DNA from: an uncultured Actinomycetota bacterium | GTDB lineage: Bacteria > Actinomycetota > Actinomycetes > Propionibacteriales > Propionibacteriaceae | Direction: 5' to 3' | Assembly: GCA_963780005.1 (NCBI GenBank) | Contig: CAWAAK010000028.1 | Coordinates: 37,730-101,729, forward strand | DNA: 64,000 nt | Part shown: in pieces, positions 55,881 through 64,000 of the stretch | Position numbering within the stretch: the stretch's first letter is position 1 | Layout of the letters: each line of letters starts with the position of its first letter | Program-made: the position numbers and the translations under genes | The notes under the pieces: model-generated | What the model saw: only the letters and a program-made list of their open reading frames with translations | The model's database searches: none | Told to the model about the DNA's origin: nothing

Positions 55881-56492
55881 TCAGCCGGAGCCGAAGCGGC
55901 GAGCCGAGGCTTCGGCCTGGGCCAGGCGGCGCAGGGCCAGCAGAACCGGCTCCAGGAGGACGGTACCCAAGATCACGTACGACACAGCTCCGGCGGCGGA
56001 GGACGTCGGGACCGCGGCAACCTCGTGTTCGGCCAGATCGAGCATCCGCTCGGCGTAGCGGTCCAGCAGCCCGGATGGCAGCTCGAGACCTGACTGTTCG
56101 ACCGCGGTGAGGGCCGCCGCGAGCAGGGCCTGGGTGTCGCAGTCCTTCGGCTGCACGTGCCAGCCCCACCCGTGCAGCAACCTGTGCACATCGGTCAGGT
56201 CGACCTCCGGCGGGGCCGGCGGAGTCACCGCCTGGTGGGCCAGTCCGAGCAGGTCGTGGGTGCCGGTCGGGGGGTGGTCGATGTGCCCGAGCACCTCCCG
56301 GGCCCGGGCGATCGACAACCCGCCGGGCCCGAGCAGCGCGCGGATCAATCGCAGCCGGTTGAGATGGCTGTCGTCGTACTGGGCCTGGGTGGCGGCGGTG
56401 CGCCGGCCTTCGGGCAGCAGGTGTTCGCGCAGATAGAACTTGATCGTGGCCACCGGCACCTCGCTCGCCCGGGCCAGCTCTGAGATGCGCAA
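55881..56492 (-). CDS. MerR-family transcriptional regulator
   Basis: MRISELARASEVPVATIKFYLREHLLP...YDDSHLNRLRLIRAL. Confidence 0.8.
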   Translation of the reverse strand: MRISELARASEVPVATIKFYLREHLLPEGRRTAATQAQYDDSHLNRLRLIRALLGPGGLSIARAREVLGHIDHPPTGTHDLLGLAHQAVTPPAPPEVDLTDVHRLLHGWGWHVQPKDCDTQALLAAALTAVEQSGLELPSGLLDRYAERMLDLAEHEVAAVPTSSAAGAVSYVILGTVLLEPVLLALRRLAQAEASARRFGSG

Positions 56493-56501
56493 CCGTCCTC
56501 C

Positions 56502-56532
56502 TTGACAAATAGATAGTGGTGATCTCTAGTAT
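56502..56532 (+). promoter_or_regulatory. MerR-type promoter: TTGACA - 19-nt spacer - TAGTAT, with overlapping dyads
   Basis: TTGACA at 56502-07 and TAGTAT at 56527-32. The dyad TCTAGTA-N6-TACTAGA and the direct repeat TAGATAGTG x2 are nearby. This is an AT-rich island between divergent merR and the DUF4188 gene. Confidence 0.6.
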
Positions 56533-56572
56533 CTAACTACTAGATAGTGTCACTTTCCAATAGGAGTTCACC

Positions 56573-57049
56573 ATGGCCGCGATCATTCGTCAACGCATGA
56601 CCCACCAGCACACCGGGGAGCTGGTGGTGTTCCTGATCGGGATGCGGGTCAACCAGTTCTGGCGGCTGGATCTCTGGCTCCCGGTGTTCCGGGCGATGCC
56701 GAGGATGCTGGCCGAGCTCTACGCCGATCCCGAGTCGGGCTTCCTCGGCCACCGGCTCAGCTTCTCCTCCGACGGCCCGCTGCTGGTGCAGTACTGGACC
56801 AGCCGCGAGTCGCTGTGGGCCTACGCCAGCAGTCTGGACGCGGGGCACCGACCGGCCTGGACCGAGTTCAACCGGCGGGCCCGCCGAGCACCGGGTGTCG
56901 TGGGCATCTGGCACGAGACCTTCGAGGTCGAGCAGGCCGAGTCGGTCTACGTCGGGATGCCCGTCATCGGTCTGGCCAAGGCCACCACCGCGGTCCCCGT
57001 AGGAGCACACCACGACGCGGCCCGGCCGGGCTACGACGCCGCCGCCTGA
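56573..57049 (+). CDS. DUF4188 domain protein (monooxygenase-like)
   Basis: GELVVFLIGMRVNQFWRLDLWLPVFRAMPRMLAELYADPESGFLGH...LLVQYWTSRESLWAYA...HRPAWTEFN. Confidence 0.7.
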   Translation: MAAIIRQRMTHQHTGELVVFLIGMRVNQFWRLDLWLPVFRAMPRMLAELYADPESGFLGHRLSFSSDGPLLVQYWTSRESLWAYASSLDAGHRPAWTEFNRRARRAPGVVGIWHETFEVEQAESVYVGMPVIGLAKATTAVPVGAHHDAARPGYDAAA

Positions 57050-58710
57050 TCGGCTGCTCCCTCGGGCGCGGCCACCAGGGCCGGTCGGACCTCCGGCGCA
57101 TCGCCGACCCGCTGCGGCACCCGCAGCAACAGAGCGGAGTCGTGCACCTGCGCCGTCAGTGTCGTACAGGAGCCGACGGTGTCCCCGTCTAGTTGGTACC
57201 GGTCGGGTTGTTCGACGGTGAGGGTGACCCGACGACCTTGCAGCCGGACGAGTTGGGCGTCGGGGCGCCGGTGCCGGGCGAGCACCTGGATGATCAAGAG
57301 CACGAAGTTCCGGAGGGATCGCGGTGAGGCCACCAGGACATCGAGGACCCCGTCGTCGGCCCGGGCGTCGGGGATCAGCTCGATGTTGCCGCTGAGCAGG
57401 CCGACGTTCCCGATCAACACCAGGTGCGCCCGACGGCGCAGCGGCGGCCTGTCGTCCAGCTGAACCGTCACCTGCACCGGTGGGTGGTTGGCGTACCGGG
57501 CCGCCGACACGAAGTACGCGGCGGATCCGACCGCCTTCTTCAGATCCGGGTTGGCGCCCTGCATGATCACCGCGTCGATGCCGATCCCGGCCATCACCGC
57601 GAAATAGTCGGTCGCCTGGTGGTCCACCCGGATCGCGATCAGGTCGATCGGCTTCTCCACCCCGTCGAACGCGACGTCGAGCGCCAGACCCTCGTCCAGC
57701 GGGATGCCGAGATTCCGGGCCAGCAGATTTCCCGTGCCGGCCGGAATCAAACCGAATGGGATGCCGGTGCCCGCCAACCCGCCGCAGACCACCCGGATGG
57801 TTCCGTCGCCGCCCGCCCCCAGGACCAGGTCGACGCCCTCGGCCACGGCCTGCGCCGTCATCGCTCGACCCGGGTCGTTCCGCTTCGTCTCCAGCCAGAT
57901 GGCGGGTTGCCAGCCGCGGGTGCGCAGCTCGTACTCCACCCGCCGGCGGAAGGTCGGGAGATCCGTGATCTTGATCGGGTTGTAGATCACCGCGCAGCGC
58001 CGGCCGGCCGGATCGGGGTCGTCCTGCTCCACCCGCCGGGCCTGCAGATCGCGTACGAGTTCCTGCACGATCTCGTGGGTGACGGGCACGGTGACGCCTG
58101 CAGCGAGGAGCGCCCCGACCGCCACCAGCGCCCCGAACAGGGCCCCGCCGATCAGGTCGGACACGAAGTGTGCGCCCAGCAGCCAGCGATCGAAGGCCAC
58201 CGCCAGCACCAGAACCGAGGCCCCGACCTGCCACGCGAGCTTGCGCCGTGGACTGCGGCGGGTGACGGCGAACACCGCTCCGACCGAGATCGAACACGCC
58301 ACGACGGCCACCATGTGCCCCGACGGGTACGAGTAACCCCAGGCGGTCAGCACGTCGAGCCGGGACTCCGGGCGTTCCCTCGCGAAGATCACCTTGAGCA
58401 GGTCGGAGCCGGCCCAGCCGACCACGACGACGAGCACCAGGGCCAGGGCCAGAGCGCGGAGCCGGCGCCGGTACGCCCACCAGGCGGTGGCAGCCAGGGC
58501 CGCGTACTGCAGGCCCGGCCAGGTCACCAGAGCGAAGGCACTGGCGATCTCGGCGACCGCCGATCCGGGAGTCAGCGGCGGAGCGAGGAGCCGCTGGTCG
58601 AAGGCAGCCAGCGGTGGCCAGGTGAAGACCCCGACCGTCCAGAGGGCCATCGCCGCGACGAGCAGCCCCAGGATGACCAGGGAGCTCCGCGACGGCGGCT
58701 GGCGGACCAT
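57031..58710 (-). CDS. bifunctional PAP2 phosphatase / diacylglycerol-kinase-family lipid kinase fusion
   Basis: PAP2 motifs KVIFARERP, YSYPSGH and GAHFVSDLIGG in a TM-rich N-terminal half. The C-terminal half has LVLGAGGDGTIRVV and GLIPAGTGNLLARNLG (DAGK catalytic domain). Confidence 0.8.
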   Translation of the reverse strand: MVRQPPSRSSLVILGLLVAAMALWTVGVFTWPPLAAFDQRLLAPPLTPGSAVAEIASAFALVTWPGLQYAALAATAWWAYRRRLRALALALVLVVVVGWAGSDLLKVIFARERPESRLDVLTAWGYSYPSGHMVAVVACSISVGAVFAVTRRSPRRKLAWQVGASVLVLAVAFDRWLLGAHFVSDLIGGALFGALVAVGALLAAGVTVPVTHEIVQELVRDLQARRVEQDDPDPAGRRCAVIYNPIKITDLPTFRRRVEYELRTRGWQPAIWLETKRNDPGRAMTAQAVAEGVDLVLGAGGDGTIRVVCGGLAGTGIPFGLIPAGTGNLLARNLGIPLDEGLALDVAFDGVEKPIDLIAIRVDHQATDYFAVMAGIGIDAVIMQGANPDLKKAVGSAAYFVSAARYANHPPVQVTVQLDDRPPLRRRAHLVLIGNVGLLSGNIELIPDARADDGVLDVLVASPRSLRNFVLLIIQVLARHRRPDAQLVRLQGRRVTLTVEQPDRYQLDGDTVGSCTTLTAQVHDSALLLRVPQRVGDAPEVRPALVAAPEGAADQAAAS

Positions 58711-58789
58711 CCACTCATCCTGTCATCCGAGCGGGTGGGCGGACACGATCGTCGTGATGCGACCGGAGCGGGCTCGGTAGGGTGGCCGG

Positions 58790-60076
58790 GTGATCGACGT
58801 GAAGGTGCTGCGCAACGACCCCGACCGGGTTCGGGCGTCGCAGCGCGCTCGTGGTGAGTCCGACGACCTGGTCGACGAGCTGCTGGCCGCCGACTCTGCG
58901 CGGCGGGCGGCGATCGCGGAGTTCGAGGCTCGGCGGGCGAAGCAGAAGGAGCTCGGCAAGCAGATCCCGCGCGCCACCGGTGCGGAGCGCACCGGGTTGC
59001 TGGCCGAGACCAAAGAGCTGGCGGATCTGGTCAAGAAGGCCGAGTCCGATGTGGCTCGAGCCGCTGCCACCTTCGAGGACCTGTTCAAGCGGGTCGGCAA
59101 TCTGGTCGCCGAGAATGTGCCGTCCGGCGGCGAGGACGACTACGTCGTGCTGGAGACCTACGGATCACCGCGCGACTTCGCCGCCGAGGGATTCCGACCG
59201 CGTGATCATCTCGAACTCGGTCAGCTGCTCAGCGCGATCGACGTCGAACGCGGCGCCAAGGTGTCCGGTTCCCGTTTCTACTACCTCACCGGGCAGGGCG
59301 CCGAGCTGGAGTTGGCCTTGATCAACTTGGCCATGAGCATGGCGCTCCGGAACGGTTTCACGGCGGTGATTCCGCCGGCGCTGGTCAAGCCGGAGGCGAT
59401 GGAGGGCACCGGTTTCCTCGGTCAGGCCGCTCAGGACGTCTATCACCTGGCGACCGACGACCTCTACCTGGTGGGCACCGCCGAGGTGCCGTTGGCGGCG
59501 TACCACTCCGACGAGATCCTCGACCCGGCCACGCTGCCGCTGCGCTACGCCGGTTACAGCCCGAGTTTCCGCCGCGAAGCCGGCTCGCACGGAAAAGACA
59601 CCCGCGGGATCTTCCGGGTGCACTGGTTCGACAAGGTCGAGATGTTCAGCTTCTGCGCGCCCGAGGAGGCCGACGCGGAGCACCAGCGGCTACTGGCCTG
59701 GGAGAAGGAGTTCATCGACGCTCTGGAGATCCCGTACCAGGTGCTGGAGCTGGCCGGTGGTGATCTTGGTCTGAGCGCGGCCCGCAAGTACGACTGTTAC
59801 GGCTGGCTGCCGACGCAGGATCGCTACCGGGAAATCACCTCCACCTCCAACTGCACCGACTACCAGGCGCGGCGGCTCAACATCCGAGCCCGGTTCGAGG
59901 AGGGTGTCGCACCGGTCGCCACGCTGAACGGCACGCTGTGCGCCATGACCCGGACCATCATCATGATCTTGGAGAATCATCAGCAGGCGGACGGATCGGT
60001 GCTGATCCCGTCGGCGCTGCGGCCTTACCTGGCCGGGCGTGAGGCGCTGACGCCGGTCCGGGCCCCCGGCTCTTGA
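58790..60076 (+). CDS. serS: serine--tRNA ligase
   Basis: [23 protein letters not shown]...coiled-coil arm...[18 protein letters not shown]...[32 protein letters not shown]...[19 protein letters not shown]. Confidence 0.92.
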   Translation: MIDVKVLRNDPDRVRASQRARGESDDLVDELLAADSARRAAIAEFEARRAKQKELGKQIPRATGAERTGLLAETKELADLVKKAESDVARAAATFEDLFKRVGNLVAENVPSGGEDDYVVLETYGSPRDFAAEGFRPRDHLELGQLLSAIDVERGAKVSGSRFYYLTGQGAELELALINLAMSMALRNGFTAVIPPALVKPEAMEGTGFLGQAAQDVYHLATDDLYLVGTAEVPLAAYHSDEILDPATLPLRYAGYSPSFRREAGSHGKDTRGIFRVHWFDKVEMFSFCAPEEADAEHQRLLAWEKEFIDALEIPYQVLELAGGDLGLSAARKYDCYGWLPTQDRYREITSTSNCTDYQARRLNIRARFEEGVAPVATLNGTLCAMTRTIIMILENHQQADGSVLIPSALRPYLAGREALTPVRAPGS

Positions 60077-60870
60077 TTCCCGGCTCTCCGGGTTGGCGTC
60101 CTCGGCTGGTGGCGTTGGACATCGACGGCACGGTGGTCGATCACGACGGAACGCTGCCCGTACGGGTGCGGGACGCGATCGCCTCGGTGGTGACGGCCGG
60201 CGTGCCGTTGGTGCTGACGACCGGTCGGTCGTGGCACGGGGTGCGGCCGCTGGTCGAGGATCTGCAGCTACCGCCCGGCTGGTCCGTGGCGTCCAACGGC
60301 GCGGTCGTGGTCAGCTATCCACCGGACCGGATCGTCAAGGCCGTGACGTTCGACCCGCGTGAGGTGATCGAGCGGGTCGGGCAACTCGCCCCCGAGGCAC
60401 TGATCGCGGTGGAAGAGATCGGCCGCGGCTATCGCGTCACCGGTGAGTTCCCGGGCGGCGACCTGACCGGCGAAATGATCATCGAGGACGTCGAGCAGCT
60501 GAGTTCACGCCCGGTGACCCGGGTGATCGTTCGGGATCCGCTGCGCTCGGACGCCGAGTTCATCGCGTTGGCCGAGCAGTTGGGCCTGCACGGCGTGGCC
60601 TACTACGTAGGCTGGAGTGCCTGGCTGGACATCGCCCCGGCCGGGGTGACCAAGGCCTCCGGGCTGGCGGACGCCATCGCCGAGCTGGCCCTGGAAGCCG
60701 TCGACGTGCTGGCGGTCGGCGACGGGCGCAACGACGTGGAGATGCTCGAGTGGGCCGGGCGCGGGGTCGCCATGGGCCAGGCCCCGGCCGAAGTAGCCGC
60801 CGCCGCCGACGCCGTGACCGGCACCTTCGACGAGGGCGGATTGGTCACCGAACTACGGCGCTGGTTCTGA
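60073..60870 (+). CDS. Cof-type HAD-IIB family hydrolase
   Basis: [15 protein letters not shown]...LVLTTGRS...[18 protein letters not shown]. The start is TTG 60073 or GTG 60109. Confidence 0.75.
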   Translation: MIPGSPGWRPRLVALDIDGTVVDHDGTLPVRVRDAIASVVTAGVPLVLTTGRSWHGVRPLVEDLQLPPGWSVASNGAVVVSYPPDRIVKAVTFDPREVIERVGQLAPEALIAVEEIGRGYRVTGEFPGGDLTGEMIIEDVEQLSSRPVTRVIVRDPLRSDAEFIALAEQLGLHGVAYYVGWSAWLDIAPAGVTKASGLADAIAELALEAVDVLAVGDGRNDVEMLEWAGRGVAMGQAPAEVAAAADAVTGTFDEGGLVTELRRWF

Positions 60871-61008
60871 GTTGTCCGGCTCGCGCACGCTCCGCGCCTC
60901 AAGACTCGGTCTTCCTCCCTCGCTCGCAGACGACAAGCGTGTCTGCTCCTCGGTCGTGTAGACCGAGCCGGCGCTGCGCTAACGACGCTCGCCGGAGGCG
61001 GCGAGTAC

Positions 61009-61359
61009 TCAACTAGACACTTCGTCCAGGTGCTGGAGCAGATCGTGGGCCGCCAGCTCGACCTTCTTGTGGCGCCATTCCGAGGCTCGGTACACGCAGG
61101 CGATCAGGCCGGTGCGGTGGACGCGGCGGAAGTCCCCGACGACGAAGGCGTACCGGGCCTTGGTCTCCTCGGTTGCTCCCTGGGTCAGCCCGAGATGCCA
61201 ATTGGCGTACTCAGCCCACGTGTGCCGCTCGAGGTAGCTGTTCTGCCGGTCGGCATTCGGCTGGGCGTCTCCCCAGTCACTGTCCAGCACGTACTGGCGT
61301 CGGTCGATCAGTCCGCGGATGTAGGCCACGGCTTCCGCGTTCACCTCATACGACGCCAT
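61009..61359 (-). CDS. hypothetical protein (116 aa)
   Basis: MASYEVNAEAVAYIRGLIDRRQYVLDSDWGD... has good coding character. I recognise no family. It lies directly downstream of the WhiB-like gene. Confidence 0.5.
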   Translation of the reverse strand: MASYEVNAEAVAYIRGLIDRRQYVLDSDWGDAQPNADRQNSYLERHTWAEYANWHLGLTQGATEETKARYAFVVGDFRRVHRTGLIACVYRASEWRHKKVELAAHDLLQHLDEVSS

Positions 61360-61411
61360 CCCGGCTTGCCTCCTCGTCGACCGCTGTGGGCCCATCATCT
61401 CGTCCTGACCT

Positions 61412-62014
61412 TCAGGCCGCGGCCAATCGCTCCGATCGCGTCAACCGTTCCGGCCGATGGCCGAGCACCGCGCCCGCCTCGATCATGACCGCTCGTGGCG
61501 AGGGCCGGACGGCGGCGGAGCCGGATGTGCTCGGCGACCGGCGCTCACTGCGCAGGTGCCGCTTCACCGTCGACAGCGAGCAGCCGAGTCGATGGGCGAG
61601 TTTCTCCAGGCTCTCGTCGGGATGGGCCCGGCGGAGCCGTACGACCTCGCCGTGGTCGACCGGCCGGTGGCCGCCGCTCACCCCGGCGAGCGTGTCGAAG
61701 TCCTCCGGGACGATCCGGATTCCGAGCCGCCGCCGGATCTCGGACCGCTGCCGCTCAGTGGTGCCGGCCACGAACCCGGCGACGTCGTAGACCACCACCG
61801 CCCGGTACAGGCAGTCGGCCAGCAGCGGGCACTCGATACACGCCGCCTTGGCCTGGCGGGTCAGCTCGACGAAACGGCGGCGTACGGAGGAGGGGGCGCT
61901 GCCGAGCGGCGGCTGCTCCAGCAGCGGGTCCAGAAAGACCGCCGCGAGTCGAACACAGGCGGGGATGGACGGGGCGAGGCTGCTGCGGTCGGGGCGGTCG
62001 GCAGCACTGATCAT
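61412..62014 (-). CDS. WhiB-like Fe-S regulator fused to a C-terminal helix-turn-helix segment (200 aa)
   Basis: Cys pattern C20...C-IE-C-PLLAD-C (CxxCx5C), then GFVAGTTERQRSEIRR (the WhiB G[VI]WGG..ER turn equivalent), then ESLEKLAHRLGCSLSTVKRHLR (HTH-like). Confidence 0.65.
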   Translation of the reverse strand: MISAADRPDRSSLAPSIPACVRLAAVFLDPLLEQPPLGSAPSSVRRRFVELTRQAKAACIECPLLADCLYRAVVVYDVAGFVAGTTERQRSEIRRRLGIRIVPEDFDTLAGVSGGHRPVDHGEVVRLRRAHPDESLEKLAHRLGCSLSTVKRHLRSERRSPSTSGSAAVRPSPRAVMIEAGAVLGHRPERLTRSERLAAA

Positions 62015-62115
62015 TCGGCGTCTCCATCAGTCGTCTCGAACGGGCTCGAATGAGACGTACCGGATCGCCGGTCTGGTTCCCCCTTCTCCTCAGTTCGCCG
62101 GAAACGTCCGGCGGG

Positions 62116-62718
62116 TCAGAGGTACATCCCTTCACTGCCTGCACGCGGACGCGGATTGGGGCCCTCGGGGGCTCCGTGCGATCCGCCGGCCGGCAGGGCC
62201 CGTCGCATCTGCTCCAGCTGGGCCCGGGCAGCCATCTGCTGGGCGAAGAGAGCGGTCTGGATCCCGTGGAACAGGCCCTCGAGCCAACCCACCAGTTGCG
62301 CCTGCGCGATCCGCAGCTCCGCGTCGGTGGGAGTGGCGTCCTCGCCGAACGGCAAGGTGATCCGCTCCAGTTCCTCCACGAGTTCGGGGGCGAGGCCGTC
62401 CTTGAGTTCCGCGATGGAGGCCGAATGAATGTCGCGGAGCCGCTGCCGGCTCGCCTCGTCGAGCGGAGCCGCCTTCACCTCATCCAGCAGCTGCCGGATC
62501 ATGCTACCGATCCGCATCACCTTGGCCGGCTGCTCGACCATGTCGGTCACCGACTTGGAGTCATTGTCATTGCCTTCCACTTCTGCTGCCGGTGGGCCCT
62601 CGACGGCCATCGAGTTCGGCGTGACCACGTAGACCCGCCCGTCTTCGGTGGCCCCAGCCACCCCGGCGGGCATCCCTTCCGGGCGGTCAGAACTGGTGGG
62701 TGCTTCGTCGTTGGTCAT
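62116..62718 (-). CDS. bpa: bacterial proteasome activator Bpa/PafE family (DUF2587)
   Basis: KVMRIGSMIRQLLDEVKAAPLDEASRQRLRDIH...LRIAQAQLVGWLEGLFHGIQ. The C-terminus ends ...GMYL*, where the family motif is GQYL. Confidence 0.75.
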   Translation of the reverse strand: MTNDEAPTSSDRPEGMPAGVAGATEDGRVYVVTPNSMAVEGPPAAEVEGNDNDSKSVTDMVEQPAKVMRIGSMIRQLLDEVKAAPLDEASRQRLRDIHSASIAELKDGLAPELVEELERITLPFGEDATPTDAELRIAQAQLVGWLEGLFHGIQTALFAQQMAARAQLEQMRRALPAGGSHGAPEGPNPRPRAGSEGMYL

Positions 62719-62817
62719 GGTTCCGATCCTAGATTGCCGAACCTGCCGAAAGAGAAGCCGAAGGACTCAGAAAAGGGTTGGAGACCGCCGCCCGCGCGCG
62801 CCTAGAGTTGGCCGGTC

Positions 62818-64000
62818 ATGCGTGACTTCCCACCGGTCGTTCCGGCCTTCACCACTCCGTCTGCGCCAGTCCGCGTCGCCGCCCATCGGCGGTCGACGGC
62901 GGACCGCGACGGGGCCTTTGCGCGCCCGGACACCCGCAGCCCACGGCGCTACCTGCTCTGGACGCTGCGGCAGCAATGGACCACGCTGCTGGTCAGCTCG
63001 CTGGTCGGGGTGGTCGAGTGGCTGCCGGGGTCGGTGGGCCCGTACCTGGTCGGACGCATCGTGGACGAGGGGATTCTGGCCCGGGACCTCACGGTGGTCG
63101 GCCGGCTCTCGTTGATCTTGGCCGGGATCGCGCTCGCGGGCGTGGTGGCCGGCGTCCTGCGCCACACCTTCATCGTCCGAACCTGGCTGGTGGCCATGTA
63201 CGGCTCGATGAAGCTGGTGACCCGGAAGACCACCCAGATGGGGCACGTCCTGCCGCAACGGGTACCGACCGGGGAGATCCTCAGCGTCTCCGATGGCGAC
63301 TCCGATCAGTTGGGCGGACTGACCGAGGTCCTCACCCGGGCGCTGGGCGCGCTGATCGCCTACCTGTTGATCGCCGGCATCGTGTTGTCGATGTCGGTCC
63401 AACTCGGACTGGTCGTGTTGGTCACCGCCCCGCTGTTGGTGATCTTGGCCGTCCCGCTGCTCCGGCCCCTGGAACGCCGCCAGGACGTGGAGCGGACCCG
63501 GCTGTCGGAACTGACGTCGCTGGCCACCGACATCGTGGCCGGGTTGCGGATCCTGCGCGGGATCGGCGGCGAGCGGACCTTCTCGGCCAACTACGACGCC
63601 CAGTCCCAGCGGACCCGGCGCGCCGGAGTGTCGGCCGGCCGCTGGCAGGGAGCGGTGGACGCCGCCAGTGTGCTGTTCTCCGGTCTGTTCCTGGTCGCCC
63701 TGACCTGGCTCGGGGCGCGGCAGGTCAGCGCCGGGGTCCTGACCATCGGTGATCTGATCAGCCTGTTCGGCTATGCCGTGTTCATGGTCTGGCCCATCCA
63801 GACCTTCTTCGAGTTGGCCCAGGAGTGGGTCCGGTCGATCATCTCGGCGCGCCGGACGATCGCGGTGATGGAACAGCAGCCGCCGTGGCGGGTGCCGGAA
63901 TGTCCTCGGGACCTTCCGTTCGGTGCGGAGATCGTGGACGAGGTCAGTGGATTCGTCGGCCGCCCCGGGGAGTGGACGATCGTCGTGTCGGCCGTGCCGG
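62818..64000 (+). CDS. ABC transporter permease/ATP-binding protein (exporter; 3' end beyond the window)
   Basis: Own translation from the ATG at 62818 stays open to the window end: ...LWTLRQQWTTLLVSSLVG...GRIVDEGIL...TGEILSVSDGDSDQLGGL...RILRGIGGERTF...TIGDLISLFGY... This is type-1 exporter TMD sequence. It is not in the ORF track because no stop is reached. Confidence 0.75.
   Translation, partial: MRDFPPVVPAFTTPSAPVRVAAHRRSTADRDGAFARPDTRSPRRYLLWTLRQQWTTLLVSSLVGVVEWLPGSVGPYLVGRIVDEGILARDLTVVGRLSLILAGIALAGVVAGVLRHTFIVRTWLVAMYGSMKLVTRKTTQMGHVLPQRVPTGEILSVSDGDSDQLGGLTEVLTRALGALIAYLLIAGIVLSMSVQLGLVVLVTAPLLVILAVPLLRPLERRQDVERTRLSELTSLATDIVAGLRILRGIGGERTFSANYDAQSQRTRRAGVSAGRWQGAVDAASVLFSGLFLVALTWLGARQVSAGVLTIGDLISLFGYAVFMVWPIQTFFELAQEWVRSIISARRTIAVMEQQPPWRVPECPRDLPFGAEIVDEVSGFVGRPGEWTIVVSAVP

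Overview
This is a 64-kb chromosomal segment of about 70% G+C. Its gene content looks actinobacterial: a WhiB-type regulator, the Bpa proteasome activator, a PimE-like GT-C glycosyltransferase, split PntAa/PntAb/PntB, and a Flp/Tad pilus locus. I could run no searches, so every call rests on my own reading of the translations and on motifs I recognise.

Gene content, left to right:
- lysS (partial).
- A conserved triad: circularly permuted ATP-grasp, alpha-E and transglutaminase.
- A TetR gene followed by two ABC exporter genes.
- A block of broken genes: GH3 beta-glucosidase, AlkB, a sulfite-oxidase-family Mo enzyme, PhzF, pntAa and a secreted hydrolase-like gene.
- pntAb and pntB.
- An ArsR-like regulator plus an MFS transporter.
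- An 883-aa patatin-like protein with a transmembrane insert.
- xthA, map, an L,D-transpeptidase and a MazEF pair.
- dnaB.
- An 11-kb Tad/Flp pilus operon that ends in a large LysM/wHTH-BTAD membrane protein.
- aat and nei.
- A TPP riboswitch followed by cytX.
- glpQ, a GT2 and a GT87-like glycosyltransferase.
- An IS110-family element.
- A MerR regulator divergent from a DUF4188 gene.
- A PAP2-DAGK fusion, serS, a WhiB-HTH protein, bpa and a third ABC exporter (partial).

Two things dominate the window:
1. At least 20 genes are interrupted by 1-bp frameshifts. These include essential dnaB and four tad core genes, and the density is very high between 8.8 and 21 kb. I cannot tell assembly indel error from real gene decay using sequence alone.
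2. The tad locus carries unexplained non-coding structure. There is a phased GACAACA heptamer array upstream of its first gene and again upstream of the SARP-like LysM gene. There is also a 3 x 48-bp tandem repeat in the only uncoupled junction of the operon.

Several operator-like palindromes, a MerR-type 19-bp-spacer promoter and some large hairpins are also reported. No rRNA, tRNA or CRISPR array was seen.
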